A DNA stretch of 64,000 nucleotides, taken from NCBI GenBank assembly GCA_030427085.1, contig JAUHXH010000006.1, positions 52,023 through 116,022 on the forward strand, in the 5' to 3' direction. The notes under the pieces were generated by a model. The model ran no database searches, had not been told where the DNA came from, and saw only the letters and a list, made by a program, of their open reading frames with translations. A program made the position numbers and the translations under genes. This document shows, piece by piece, positions 47,801 through 56,161 of the stretch; positions within the stretch are counted from its first letter, which is position 1, and each line of letters starts with the position of its first letter. Origin of the DNA: Gammaproteobacteria bacterium. Lineage in GTDB: Bacteria > Pseudomonadota > Gammaproteobacteria > Pseudomonadales > Halieaceae.

Positions 47801-49294
47801 TCAGGGAACGTCACAGTTCGTTCAACATTGGGCCAACAACCGAGTTCTACTGAAAAATACACTTTGGCTTTTCAGGTAGAGGATGAAGGAATTGGCATGA
47901 CCGAAGAAACTGTCGCCAAAGTTTTTGATCCTTTCACCCAGGCTGATTCAAGCACCACTCGTCAATTCGGTGGCACCGGGCTTGGACTTGCAATCACCAA
48001 GAATTACGTCGAATTAATGGGTGGCAAAATTGACGTCTATTCTCAGCCGGGGGTTGGAACAAAGATAGCAGTGGAAATCCCTGTCACGGTAAGCAAACCG
48101 TTTTACTCTGTGAATGCGGTTTATGATCAATTAACCGCCCGAGTGATATCAACCAACTCACTTACCGCAGAGATGATTCAAGTCCATCTGATCTATTTCG
48201 GTGTCAATTCGATAATTACCACAAGTCTTGATGACTTTTTCAGCGCCCCAGATGTGGATCTTTATATCGTAGACCTATCCTCAATGGATGAAGCGACATG
48301 TCAAGAATTCCGACTGCGTTGTACTAGGGATGTGGAGTCGCGAGTATTGGCATTAGCAAGGGTGCATACGAAAGACCCTGAGAATATGGTCCCACATCAA
48401 AGACGCATTACTCTTCCCATCTCAACCAAACAGCTTCAGCAGGAAATAAATTACATTGTGGAAGGAGCCCCCACCTGTCATAAGGAAGTCGAGGCCACAC
48501 CACGAGTTCCACAAGGTGTTCAGGCCCACATACTTCTTGCGGAGGACCTCGAGACAAATCAGAAAATTGCGACTGAGATGTTGCAGATGATGGGACATAG
48601 AGTAACGTTAGCCGCGGACGGCTTAGAGGCAATCAAACTATTCGAACGCGACAGGCCAGATTTAATTTTTATGGACTGCCAAATGCCATTGATGGATGGG
48701 TTCACGGCTGCCAAGAAAATACGCGAAACGGAGAAATTAAAAAATTGGCCACATATTCCGGTAATCGCTTTAACAGCTGGCACTAGCGACCATGATCAGA
48801 AAATGTGCATTTCCGCAGGGATGTCTGATCACATTTCAAAACCATTTAGTGTGGAACAAATATCAAGCGTACTCGAACGTTACTTAGGCATCAAAAGTGA
48901 ATATTCAACTATTAAACAACAATCAAAGAGCTCATTTATAGTCGATGCCATAGTCAACAAAGCGGCTGTTGATAACATTGCCGAAGTAGAACGCTTGTCC
49001 GGAAACATAATATTTCCAACAGTTTTGAACGAGTACCATCATCAATTCGAAATTAAGGTTTCCGACCTCAACCAAGCGCTTGAAATCGCTGACGAGTTAG
49101 TTTTCGCACGAACTAGTCATGCCATAAAATCTATGAGCGCGAATGTGGGCGCTGAACAGGTTATGAAGCTGAGTTCAGAAATGGAAAAAAGATCCAGGGA
49201 AGGAGATTTGCGTGAAATGAAAAACGAAATCGAGAAACTTGAAGCCGCATATAAAGCTTTTTCTAGCGCTATACAGCTACACGTCAAACAGTAA
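44834..49294 (+). CDS. Hybrid sensor histidine kinase: periplasmic double beta-propeller plus Y_Y_Y, TM, HisKA-HATPase, degenerate REC, REC and Hpt
   Basis: It has a signal peptide and repeated WIGT/WVAT..GL propeller blades. The Y_Y_Y block is [25 protein letters not shown]. The H-box is [10 protein letters not shown]. HATPase elements are NAIKFT, DEGIGM and GGTGLGLAI. The REC reads [14 protein letters not shown] and the Hpt reads [12 protein letters not shown]. Confidence 0.9.
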   Translation: MWRVYKLVILLTLWGACSAWGVSPRNFHLSVAPFTAEFTSQTILDTYQDRQGYLWFVAQEGIYKYDGFKTKNFLYNLEDDQSISSNSPSGIAEDYLGRVWIATRGGGLNLYNAADDTFSSLQRSGNTLSSTEPFDNFILSLFADSNGDLWLGHQNGFSQFDVSERQFTHYRFSTPDVQFEVNGFAESSDGIIWIATFGAGLLSVDPKSGEFKPGFGSEMSFTDSVSLNISSLIVDKHNNLWLAHRNSGVSKHNLETGDAEVFRQSSLDEFSISSDSTIKIYEDQGGTIWVATEDGLNVQRSGGNGFMTFHEGNSQIPNNKVRSIFQSSDGTYWIGTQYQLGFGRVSQFSHYTFEESVSSNSVNTFSTTPDNRLWVGTDDGLKVIDLPISSEEEFIYKNINESTYPTRISSSRVMSILGERDSLWVGTADSGLNHIDLTTGGVQNFQSSRRDQSSLSANGVTSILRDSAGSLWIGTWGGGLNRLKDDGSSFESFTHDPIDQYSISSNLVIALYEDSNGSLFIGTADGINRFDRNTNTFSRFQHDPYNKSSLSSRMAWTFHEDSNGRLWVGTDSGGLNYWTKEDRAAEVDHFYHLADRSLIPSSSIYGVTSDSSGTLWISHNRGITRIDSTLNEFKTYDSTDGLQDNEFNHGAIHSLENGTMLFGGNRGYNLIDPYEISDVTKAPTVQITGISILNQPTNFDVPVYDLQTLTIDHRDYLVSFNFAVMDYVAPEHNQYKYILEGFDPNWLILQESRSATYTNLPSGNYILRVSGAGADGVWNESGATLHINVLPPPWKTWWAYSAYAFLILVVATYLAAAQRRKVLNALSRQRELEKKVEERTHDLVEARRQAEDANAAKSEFLATVSHEIRTPMHGILGMNELLLHTELDEEQRKFASAAKSSGETLLSLMNAILDFAKVEAAKVEVESISFDLRELIETTCYLQGEPASRKGLVLNNIPDPTLPSEVTGDPDKIRQVLMNLITNAIKFTPSGNVTVRSTLGQQPSSTEKYTLAFQVEDEGIGMTEETVAKVFDPFTQADSSTTRQFGGTGLGLAITKNYVELMGGKIDVYSQPGVGTKIAVEIPVTVSKPFYSVNAVYDQLTARVISTNSLTAEMIQVHLIYFGVNSIITTSLDDFFSAPDVDLYIVDLSSMDEATCQEFRLRCTRDVESRVLALARVHTKDPENMVPHQRRITLPISTKQLQQEINYIVEGAPTCHKEVEATPRVPQGVQAHILLAEDLETNQKIATEMLQMMGHRVTLAADGLEAIKLFERDRPDLIFMDCQMPLMDGFTAAKKIRETEKLKNWPHIPVIALTAGTSDHDQKMCISAGMSDHISKPFSVEQISSVLERYLGIKSEYSTIKQQSKSSFIVDAIVNKAAVDNIAEVERLSGNIIFPTVLNEYHHQFEIKVSDLNQALEIADELVFARTSHAIKSMSANVGAEQVMKLSSEMEKRSREGDLREMKNEIEKLEAAYKAFSSAIQLHVKQ

Positions 49295-49300
49295 ACTCTA

Positions 49301-52300
49301 ATGCGAAGAATCACACTCGCGTTAATGAGCGCAGTACTGTGCTGTTCGGTCACTAGTCTTAATGCCTTCGGATCAGAGCTTGAATTTCATGTAGTACCCT
49401 CTGAACTGGCAAATGGGCTTAGGCAAACTTCCGTCTGGGAAGTAATGCAAGATAACTCTGGCTTCCTCTGGGTCTCAAATTTTGCTGGCCTCACCCTCTT
49501 ATCAGGTGAGGGCCAATATGAATACACTCCGAACGAAAATCCAGATTCTAAATATTTCCTCCCAAGCAGACGTATTTTCAAAATACATCAGGACAATGCC
49601 GAGAGAATCTGGGTGATTACTAATGATGCTGGCGTGTATCGGAGTAATCACACAAACGGTGGCTTTGATTTAATCGCCCAAATTAACGATTCGACTTTCC
49701 CAATGGATGGGCTCACAAGTGCGTTAGTTGATTCCAACAATACGCTCTGGCTAGGACACAACTCCCAAGGCATCCGGTCCATAAACCTCGACTCTAAAAT
49801 TGCCTTCACTCCCGAAAATAGGCATGCAGGCCCAGAAATTGTTGAGATAGTGGAGGATGGCAGAGGTTTCATTTGGTTCGTTCGGCAGGACACAACGGTT
49901 CTTAGATACCATCACGACCAAGACGGAAGATTTGAGTTACTTGGACCAGAAATTTGCTCCAACCCATCCGGTGTACCACTTAGAGCTTTTAACGTTTCAA
50001 GTGAGAGTATTTTAATCCAATTCAACACCGGGAAAATTTTTGAGATCTCCCAAAAGGATTTTAAGTGTGAACTGCTGACCATAGAAAATGCCGGTCCTAT
50101 AGCAAACGCTTTAATCAACGACATGGTTAATTATGGCAACAATCTTCAAATCTTCGCCACTGATCATGGAATTATGGTGTATCGAGGCCGTAATTTAATT
50201 CATCACTTTCATTCTGAAAATTCGTCCCTGAACGATAACGAAATTGGAACACTGAGCGCCCCGGAGTCAGGTCCGATCTGGATTGGCACTCACAATGGGC
50301 TTTTTAAACTGATCGAAACTCCTTTTAAGTTATATAACCAGCAAAAAAGTGGGTTCTCCGGCCCCGTAGTAGCTTTTGCAGAGTCTCCTCTCGGTCTTTG
50401 GGTTGCCACATACAATGGCTTGTACCTACGAGATAGTAAATCTGGGCAGCATGCTTCTGTCCGCGATTTATTCCCAGACGCCGACCTCACGAACAAGCAA
50501 ATTATGTCGTTGGCCTATAGAGAAAACAATCTATGGGTAGGATATCGAGCTAACGGCCTGGAAATTCTCAACACAACGAATGGTAGTGTCACAAGATTTT
50601 CTTCTAATTCTTCACCGCCGCTTTCCTCTGACAACATCACCACGATTTATCCGCTCGGGAACAACCTTACTTTGATCGGAACTTACGGGGAAGGCCTGAA
50701 TATACTAGATACTACTCGCGGGTCGATAGAGCATCTAAATGCTGAGCAAGGAAACGGCTCTATCTCTGGAAATAATGTATTGGCGATGACCGAATTCTCG
50801 GCGGGAAAAATGTTAGTTGGGACCGAGCAGGGATTAAACGTTCTTGACTTACATACCCAACGGTTTAGCTTCGATGCCACATCAACTACAGCCACACCCT
50901 TTGAGACTGTACAAGTTTGGGCGATAACTTCTGACTCGACGAACAATTATTGGATAGGAACGCGCGACAGTGGCCTACTGCGCTTGTACACACCTAAAGA
51001 CTCCCAAATTAGCTTGTTACTTGAAAAAATTCAGCCGTCACAAGAGTTTCCAGTTCATACAGTTTTTTCTGCCCAAGTTGATAATCAGGACTACCTTTGG
51101 CTAACGACTCACCTAGGGCTGTGTAGAGCAAAACTAACTGCAGATATATTGCACTGCTACGATGCCGGTCATGGCCTGCAGGGTAGGGAGTTCGACTATG
51201 GGGCCTCCCTGAAATTACGGAATGGCAATTTAGTTTTTGGCGGGAGTTCCGGATATAACGAGTTCAATCCTGAGAAAATTGAGGAGGGTGCAGACCTCCT
51301 GCACCTAAATTTTACAGAGATCCAAATCAGAGGTAGTTCCAGATACAACCCACTTCAGATGAAAAACCGAAAGAGAATCAAATATGCGTACACTGACAAT
51401 GTCGTAGCTTTCTTCTTTTCCGGAATGTCCAATGCGGGTGATACGACAAAAACCTTTAGGTACAAACTGAGCGAACTGAATGAAGACTGGCGGATTTCCA
51501 CCGGGTCAGCCACCTTCACCAACCTCCCCCCGGGCACCTACACCTTCGAAGTACAAGGCGCCAATTCAGCCGGCACCTGGAATCACGACGGCGCCACATT
51601 AGATCTGATCGTACACACTCCCCCCTGGAGAACGGTATGGGCATATTGGATCTACGCCGGCATGTTCCTTACGTTTCTGTGGATTATGCGGCGCGCTTAC
51701 GATGCGATTGGTCAAGTTGCGCACGCTACTGAGCACGCGGAGCGAATGGAGGAAACGGCCACGCTGGCTATGGATCAGTTGCAGGATCAAATGCAAGTAC
51801 AGACTGACATGGCGGACGCGCTACAGGAATACTCTGAGCTCAACATCAATCTAATTCAAAATGTGCTGTCCTACTACTCAGAAAAAGAATCTGAATCACC
51901 TACCGCACAAGAGCTTCGTGCGCGCTGCACGCTTCGCTTGCATACGCTGCACTTGCTTGATTCCTGCATCTATCATCACGGCGCTCTACTCTATGTGAAC
52001 ATGCACGACTTCTCAGAGCGTGTTATCGATGACCTCCTGGAACGGCATGGGCTCGATGAAGAAGCAGTTATTGTCACCAACGATGTAACAGGCGAGCTAT
52101 TCCCGGCGGAGACGGGCAGCCTGCTAGCACTGATCCTCTACGAGTTGCTCGAAAACTGTTTCCAACACGCATTTCATGCGCAAAAAACTGTCAATTTCAT
52201 CATGCTGCGTCTAAACAAGAGTGGCTATGATGCTACAGATCAGCCTGTCTTTGCGCTCGAGGTTGCCGACAATGGCCCGGGCGTTCACGCTGATGAAATC

Positions 52301-52420
52301 CCGGCGCTTATGCAAGGCCCGGGCATGCGGTTTGTGAAATCACTAGCCGAGCGTATCGATGCCTCCGTGCATGTTGATGGCAATAATGGGCTGGACGTTG
52401 AGATATCACGGTCAGTGTAA
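49301..52420 (+). CDS. Sensor kinase-like protein: periplasmic double beta-propeller plus Y_Y_Y, TM, HisKA_2-like dimerisation region without an obvious phospho-His, and HATPase
   Basis: It has propeller blades and a Y_Y_Y block (FRYKLSELNEDW..FTNLPPGTYTFEV), followed by a TM segment. The C-terminus LALILYELLENCFQHAF..VADNGPGV..GPGMRFVKSLA is HATPase-like. It starts 6 nt after the previous gene. Confidence 0.8.
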   Translation: MRRITLALMSAVLCCSVTSLNAFGSELEFHVVPSELANGLRQTSVWEVMQDNSGFLWVSNFAGLTLLSGEGQYEYTPNENPDSKYFLPSRRIFKIHQDNAERIWVITNDAGVYRSNHTNGGFDLIAQINDSTFPMDGLTSALVDSNNTLWLGHNSQGIRSINLDSKIAFTPENRHAGPEIVEIVEDGRGFIWFVRQDTTVLRYHHDQDGRFELLGPEICSNPSGVPLRAFNVSSESILIQFNTGKIFEISQKDFKCELLTIENAGPIANALINDMVNYGNNLQIFATDHGIMVYRGRNLIHHFHSENSSLNDNEIGTLSAPESGPIWIGTHNGLFKLIETPFKLYNQQKSGFSGPVVAFAESPLGLWVATYNGLYLRDSKSGQHASVRDLFPDADLTNKQIMSLAYRENNLWVGYRANGLEILNTTNGSVTRFSSNSSPPLSSDNITTIYPLGNNLTLIGTYGEGLNILDTTRGSIEHLNAEQGNGSISGNNVLAMTEFSAGKMLVGTEQGLNVLDLHTQRFSFDATSTTATPFETVQVWAITSDSTNNYWIGTRDSGLLRLYTPKDSQISLLLEKIQPSQEFPVHTVFSAQVDNQDYLWLTTHLGLCRAKLTADILHCYDAGHGLQGREFDYGASLKLRNGNLVFGGSSGYNEFNPEKIEEGADLLHLNFTEIQIRGSSRYNPLQMKNRKRIKYAYTDNVVAFFFSGMSNAGDTTKTFRYKLSELNEDWRISTGSATFTNLPPGTYTFEVQGANSAGTWNHDGATLDLIVHTPPWRTVWAYWIYAGMFLTFLWIMRRAYDAIGQVAHATEHAERMEETATLAMDQLQDQMQVQTDMADALQEYSELNINLIQNVLSYYSEKESESPTAQELRARCTLRLHTLHLLDSCIYHHGALLYVNMHDFSERVIDDLLERHGLDEEAVIVTNDVTGELFPAETGSLLALILYELLENCFQHAFHAQKTVNFIMLRLNKSGYDATDQPVFALEVADNGPGVHADEIPALMQGPGMRFVKSLAERIDASVHVDGNNGLDVEISRSV

Positions 52421-52448
52421 TTGCCCGATAGGTGCTAGCTCCGGTCGA

Positions 52449-53207
52449 TTACTGTCCGTGAAAAACCGGGCTGCGCTTTTCTCGCTTGGCACGCAACCCT
52501 TCCGCCAGATCCTGTGAATTCTCGCAGCGTTTTATTAGTGCTTCAGCAGCCATCAGGTCAAGCTGGCCAGCGGCGGATTGTTCGATGACATTTTTCATGG
52601 CCTGCACAGACAAGGGAGCAAGGCTGGCCAGCTGCTTGGCGATTTGCGAGGCCCGAGCCTCCAATTTTTCCCGGTCTTCAGTGAAATCGAGGTAGCCCAG
52701 ATCGAGCAGCCCCTCATCGTCAAACTCTTCTGCCAGCATCAACAAACGCTTGGCTGGCCCAACACCCAACCGTTTAACAAAACGCTCGATACCATTAATG
52801 GGATAACACAACCCTATCGCCGCGGCAGGAACACGCAGGCGCATCCCTCGCACGCCCAGGCGAAAGTCACAACTTAGGGCGAGCTCACTCCCACCGCCGT
52901 AGGTGTTGCCATTCATCACACAGACCGTGGGAACCTTCACCGCAGCCAGCCTATCGGTCATGCGCTGAAAGGCGTTCCCGTCAATGGCGCCACTGTCCAT
53001 TTCGTCCAGGGCCGCCCCAGCACAAAATGTTTTCTCTCCAGCACCGCTCACCATCAGCACGCGGATATTTGGATCCTGATCAACTGCATCAAACGCCGCC
53101 TGCATGGCGTTGAGCTCTCGCGCCCCCAGGGAATTGTGTCGATCGGGCCGGTTAATCATTAAACGCGAAATCGGGCCATCCTGAGTGGTGACAATGGTAT
53201 TGGACAT
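52449..53207 (-). CDS. Enoyl-CoA hydratase/isomerase (crotonase) family protein
   Basis: RPDRHNSL..FCAGAAL..NGNTYGGGSELALSCD is the crotonase fold signature. Confidence 0.85.
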   Translation of the reverse strand: MSNTIVTTQDGPISRLMINRPDRHNSLGARELNAMQAAFDAVDQDPNIRVLMVSGAGEKTFCAGAALDEMDSGAIDGNAFQRMTDRLAAVKVPTVCVMNGNTYGGGSELALSCDFRLGVRGMRLRVPAAAIGLCYPINGIERFVKRLGVGPAKRLLMLAEEFDDEGLLDLGYLDFTEDREKLEARASQIAKQLASLAPLSVQAMKNVIEQSAAGQLDLMAAEALIKRCENSQDLAEGLRAKREKRSPVFHGQ

Positions 53208-53316
53208 CTTCTACTCCTGTTGAGGCGCGGAAGTTTCGCACATAGGCGCGTGCCGTCAATTCTAGACAAGCGCCGACGTCCTACGCATACTTGCACTGGC
53301 CGAAAGGAAAATAATA

Positions 53317-53889
53317 ATGACCGAGCGCTGCCCCTGGTGTGGCAATGACCCACTGTACGTTAAATACCACGATGAAGAGTGGGGCGTACCGGTGCGTGAC
53401 GATCACACCCTGTTCGAGTTCCTCACCCTGGAGGGCGCCCAGGCTGGACTGGCGTGGATTACGATATTGCGCAAGCGCGAAGGATATCGCAGCCTGTTTG
53501 ACGGATTCGACGCTGAGAAAATCGCGCGGTACACCGACAAAAAACTCGAAAAGCTGCTCCTGAACCCAGCAATCATCCGCAATCGGCTCAAGGTTTTTGG
53601 CGCCCGAACCAATGCCCGGGCCTTCCTGGAGACTCAGGCCGAGTTCGGTTCATTCAGCGAGTACCTTTGGGATTTCGTTGACGGAACACCGATTCAGAAC
53701 CGCTGGCGCACTCTGGCCGACGTGCCTGCCACTACACCCTTGTCAGACCGTATCAGCAAAGATATGAAGAAGCGGGGCTTCACCTTCGTGGGCTCTACGA
53801 TCATTTACGCCCACATGCAGGCGACGGGAATGGTAAATGATCACTTACTGGGTTGCTCTCGACACAAGGCCTGCGCCGCGCTGGCCTGA
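53317..53889 (+). CDS. tag: DNA-3-methyladenine glycosylase I
   Basis: RCPWCGNDPLYVKYHDEEWGVP..FEFLTLEGAQAGLAW is a Tag signature with the zinc-snap Cys/His residues. Confidence 0.95.
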   Translation: MTERCPWCGNDPLYVKYHDEEWGVPVRDDHTLFEFLTLEGAQAGLAWITILRKREGYRSLFDGFDAEKIARYTDKKLEKLLLNPAIIRNRLKVFGARTNARAFLETQAEFGSFSEYLWDFVDGTPIQNRWRTLADVPATTPLSDRISKDMKKRGFTFVGSTIIYAHMQATGMVNDHLLGCSRHKACAALA

Positions 53890-53990
53890 ACGCGGCCCAG
53901 GCGGCTGTGTACTATAAGTTCAACTTTTAGACTATCTGGTATATTCTATAGCTATCCCGGGAAGGAATATCAGGACAGGCGCCGGTCACC

Positions 53991-55283
53991 ATGGCGAAAA
54001 AAACGCCCCCAGAGGGGAATTCACCGTTCAATAGAACCGCTCAGCACGATGCCAAACGTGCTGCGATCCTCTCTACGGCGGCGAAACTGTTCAATTTCAA
54101 GGGCTCTCGCGCCACCACTTTGATGGATATCGCCCAGAGCCTGGGCCTGACCAAAACAAGCCTGTATTACTACGTCAAAACCAAGGAAGAGCTGATCTAC
54201 CAGTGCTACATGCAGTCACTGGCAAACCAGCACCAGATTCTGGACGAAATTTGTGCAGAATCGGACCTCTCCACGCTGGAGCAATTGCGCCGGTACTTCT
54301 ATCGTCATTTTGAGAACACCTATGCTGCGCACCGCGGTGAACGCCCTCACCAGGCTGCACTGCTGGAGATCGCATCGCTGAAGGACGGGCATCGAACGGA
54401 AGTTGAGCAGTACTACATCGCCATGTTCAAGCGCCTGCGCGACATCATCCGCAGTGGCGTCGAGAATGGCGAGTTATATCGTTGCGAACCCATCGCTACT
54501 ACACGCGCGATGATCGGCTCCCTGGAGTGGTCATTCGATTGGCTGCGCACCTTCCCGGAGCACTCACCTGACGAAATTGCCGGTGCCGCCTGGCGTGTGC
54601 TATTGACCGGATTCAAGTCCTGTCGGGAATCCTACAAACCCGAGCGCTTTGATTTTAGCGAGGCCTCACGCCAGGCCCTGCACAGCTTCGACCGCGAAGA
54701 ACAGCATCGCCTCAAACAGGAAGCCTTCTTCAAAGCAGGCACCCGGTTCTTCAACAAAAAGGGCTTTGATGGCACATCGCTGGATGAGATTGCACAGAGC
54801 CTGAACGTCACCAAAGGTGCGTTCTATTACCATATCAAGAACAAAGAGGACCTCCTCTACAACTGCTACATCCGTTCACTGGATGTCGTTGAGGGCATTT
54901 ACGAGATGGCCGCCCAGTTGGACAGTCCCGGGCTGAGAAAGGTGGAGTATGCGTGTGGTCATGTGTTCGCGGCCCAAAACACCGATCTGGGCCCTTTGAT
55001 TCGCTACAACTCCATCACGTCGCTACCTATCCCCCGGCGCAAGCAAATCCTCGCTCGCACCGACAAATCCAACGAACGATTCGGTGAATTCCTGCGCGAA
55101 GGTATCGCGGATGGCAGCGTTCGCGCAGATATCGATGCGCATATCGCCCAGGAAATGATCGCCGGTGCGGTAAACGCCTCCATGGACATCGGCCTGTGGC
55201 GGAACACGGACAATCTCTCAGCCGCCGCACTGGACTACTTCAACGTTTTCTTCAACGGCCTGCAGCCACCACAAACCACCTGA
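53991..55283 (+). CDS. Tandem (duplicated) TetR-family transcriptional regulator
   Basis: There are two TetR HTH modules in one 430-aa chain: AAKLFNFKGSRATTLMDIAQSLGLTKTSLYYYVKTKEEL and GTRFFNKKGFDGTSLDEIAQSLNVTKGAFYYHIKNKEDL. Confidence 0.85.
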   Translation: MAKKTPPEGNSPFNRTAQHDAKRAAILSTAAKLFNFKGSRATTLMDIAQSLGLTKTSLYYYVKTKEELIYQCYMQSLANQHQILDEICAESDLSTLEQLRRYFYRHFENTYAAHRGERPHQAALLEIASLKDGHRTEVEQYYIAMFKRLRDIIRSGVENGELYRCEPIATTRAMIGSLEWSFDWLRTFPEHSPDEIAGAAWRVLLTGFKSCRESYKPERFDFSEASRQALHSFDREEQHRLKQEAFFKAGTRFFNKKGFDGTSLDEIAQSLNVTKGAFYYHIKNKEDLLYNCYIRSLDVVEGIYEMAAQLDSPGLRKVEYACGHVFAAQNTDLGPLIRYNSITSLPIPRRKQILARTDKSNERFGEFLREGIADGSVRADIDAHIAQEMIAGAVNASMDIGLWRNTDNLSAAALDYFNVFFNGLQPPQTT

Positions 55284-55301
55284 TCTCACGGAGATAACGC
55301 G

Positions 55302-56156
55302 GTGAATCAAGATCTCCAGAAGCTGATCCAAACAATTGAAGTTGAGCAGATCGACAAGTACCTGTTCATCGGCAACAGCCCCAGTTTCCCTCCGCGGATA
55401 TTCGGCGGGCAAGTCCTTGCTCAGGCCCTCAGCGCGGCGGGGCGTACGGTTGAGGAAGACCGTTCTGCACACTCAATGCATGCCTATTTCCTGCGCCCAG
55501 GGAATCCGCAAAAACAAATTGTCTACGACGTTGACCCCATTCGGGACGGCAAAAGCTTTACCACCCGCCGGGTCGTAGCCAAGCAAGATGGTGTTGCCAT
55601 CTTTAACACTTCTATTTCATTCCAGACAGCGGAAGAAGGGCTGGAACACCAGGTTGCAATGCCTGACGTGCCGGGCCCCGAAGGCCTGGAATGCGAAATG
55701 GACTACATGCAGCGCATGAAGGAGAAGTATCCGGAATACGTGAAAGTACCTACGTCACAGGCTTTCGACCGCCGGGCGGTCAAACGCCGCGACCCGATCA
55801 ACCCCGAACCGGAAGAGGAGCCCGTGCAGCACTACTGGTTCAAGGCCAATGGGGACCTGGGGGACGATCAGCGACGTCATCAAGCCTTTCTGGCCTACAT
55901 TTCCGACCATGCCTTGCTCGGCGCCGCTTTGCTCCCTCACGCCTACACCGGCTGGAGTCCCGGCATCCAGGCGGCCAGCCTTGACCACGCGCTGTGGTTT
56001 CATCGCCCCGTGAAGGCGGATGAATATTTGCTGTACACGCAGGACAGCCCCACCGCCGGCGGCTCGCGGGGATTCAGTCGCGGGATGTTCTTTAACCAGC
56101 AGGGAGAACTGGTGGCCTCCACGGCGCAGGAATCCCTGATCCGGGTGCGAAAGTAG
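55302..56156 (+). CDS. tesB: Acyl-CoA thioesterase II
   Basis: A 284-aa double hot-dog protein. LFIGNSP..FGGQVLAQAL..HSMHAYFLRPG..DGKSF is typical of TesB. It has a GTG start after GGAG. Confidence 0.9.
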   Translation: MNQDLQKLIQTIEVEQIDKYLFIGNSPSFPPRIFGGQVLAQALSAAGRTVEEDRSAHSMHAYFLRPGNPQKQIVYDVDPIRDGKSFTTRRVVAKQDGVAIFNTSISFQTAEEGLEHQVAMPDVPGPEGLECEMDYMQRMKEKYPEYVKVPTSQAFDRRAVKRRDPINPEPEEEPVQHYWFKANGDLGDDQRRHQAFLAYISDHALLGAALLPHAYTGWSPGIQAASLDHALWFHRPVKADEYLLYTQDSPTAGGSRGFSRGMFFNQQGELVASTAQESLIRVRK

Positions 56157-56161
56157 TCGGC

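Larger units (their letters stand above)
43690..52440. other. Compositionally distinct low-GC island with three genes
   Basis: Hand-counted 60-nt samples give about 43% GC inside (for example 45601-45660) against about 60% in the flanks (for example 40001-40060). Codon third positions shift to A/T. No integrase, tRNA or flanking direct repeats were seen. Confidence 0.65.
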
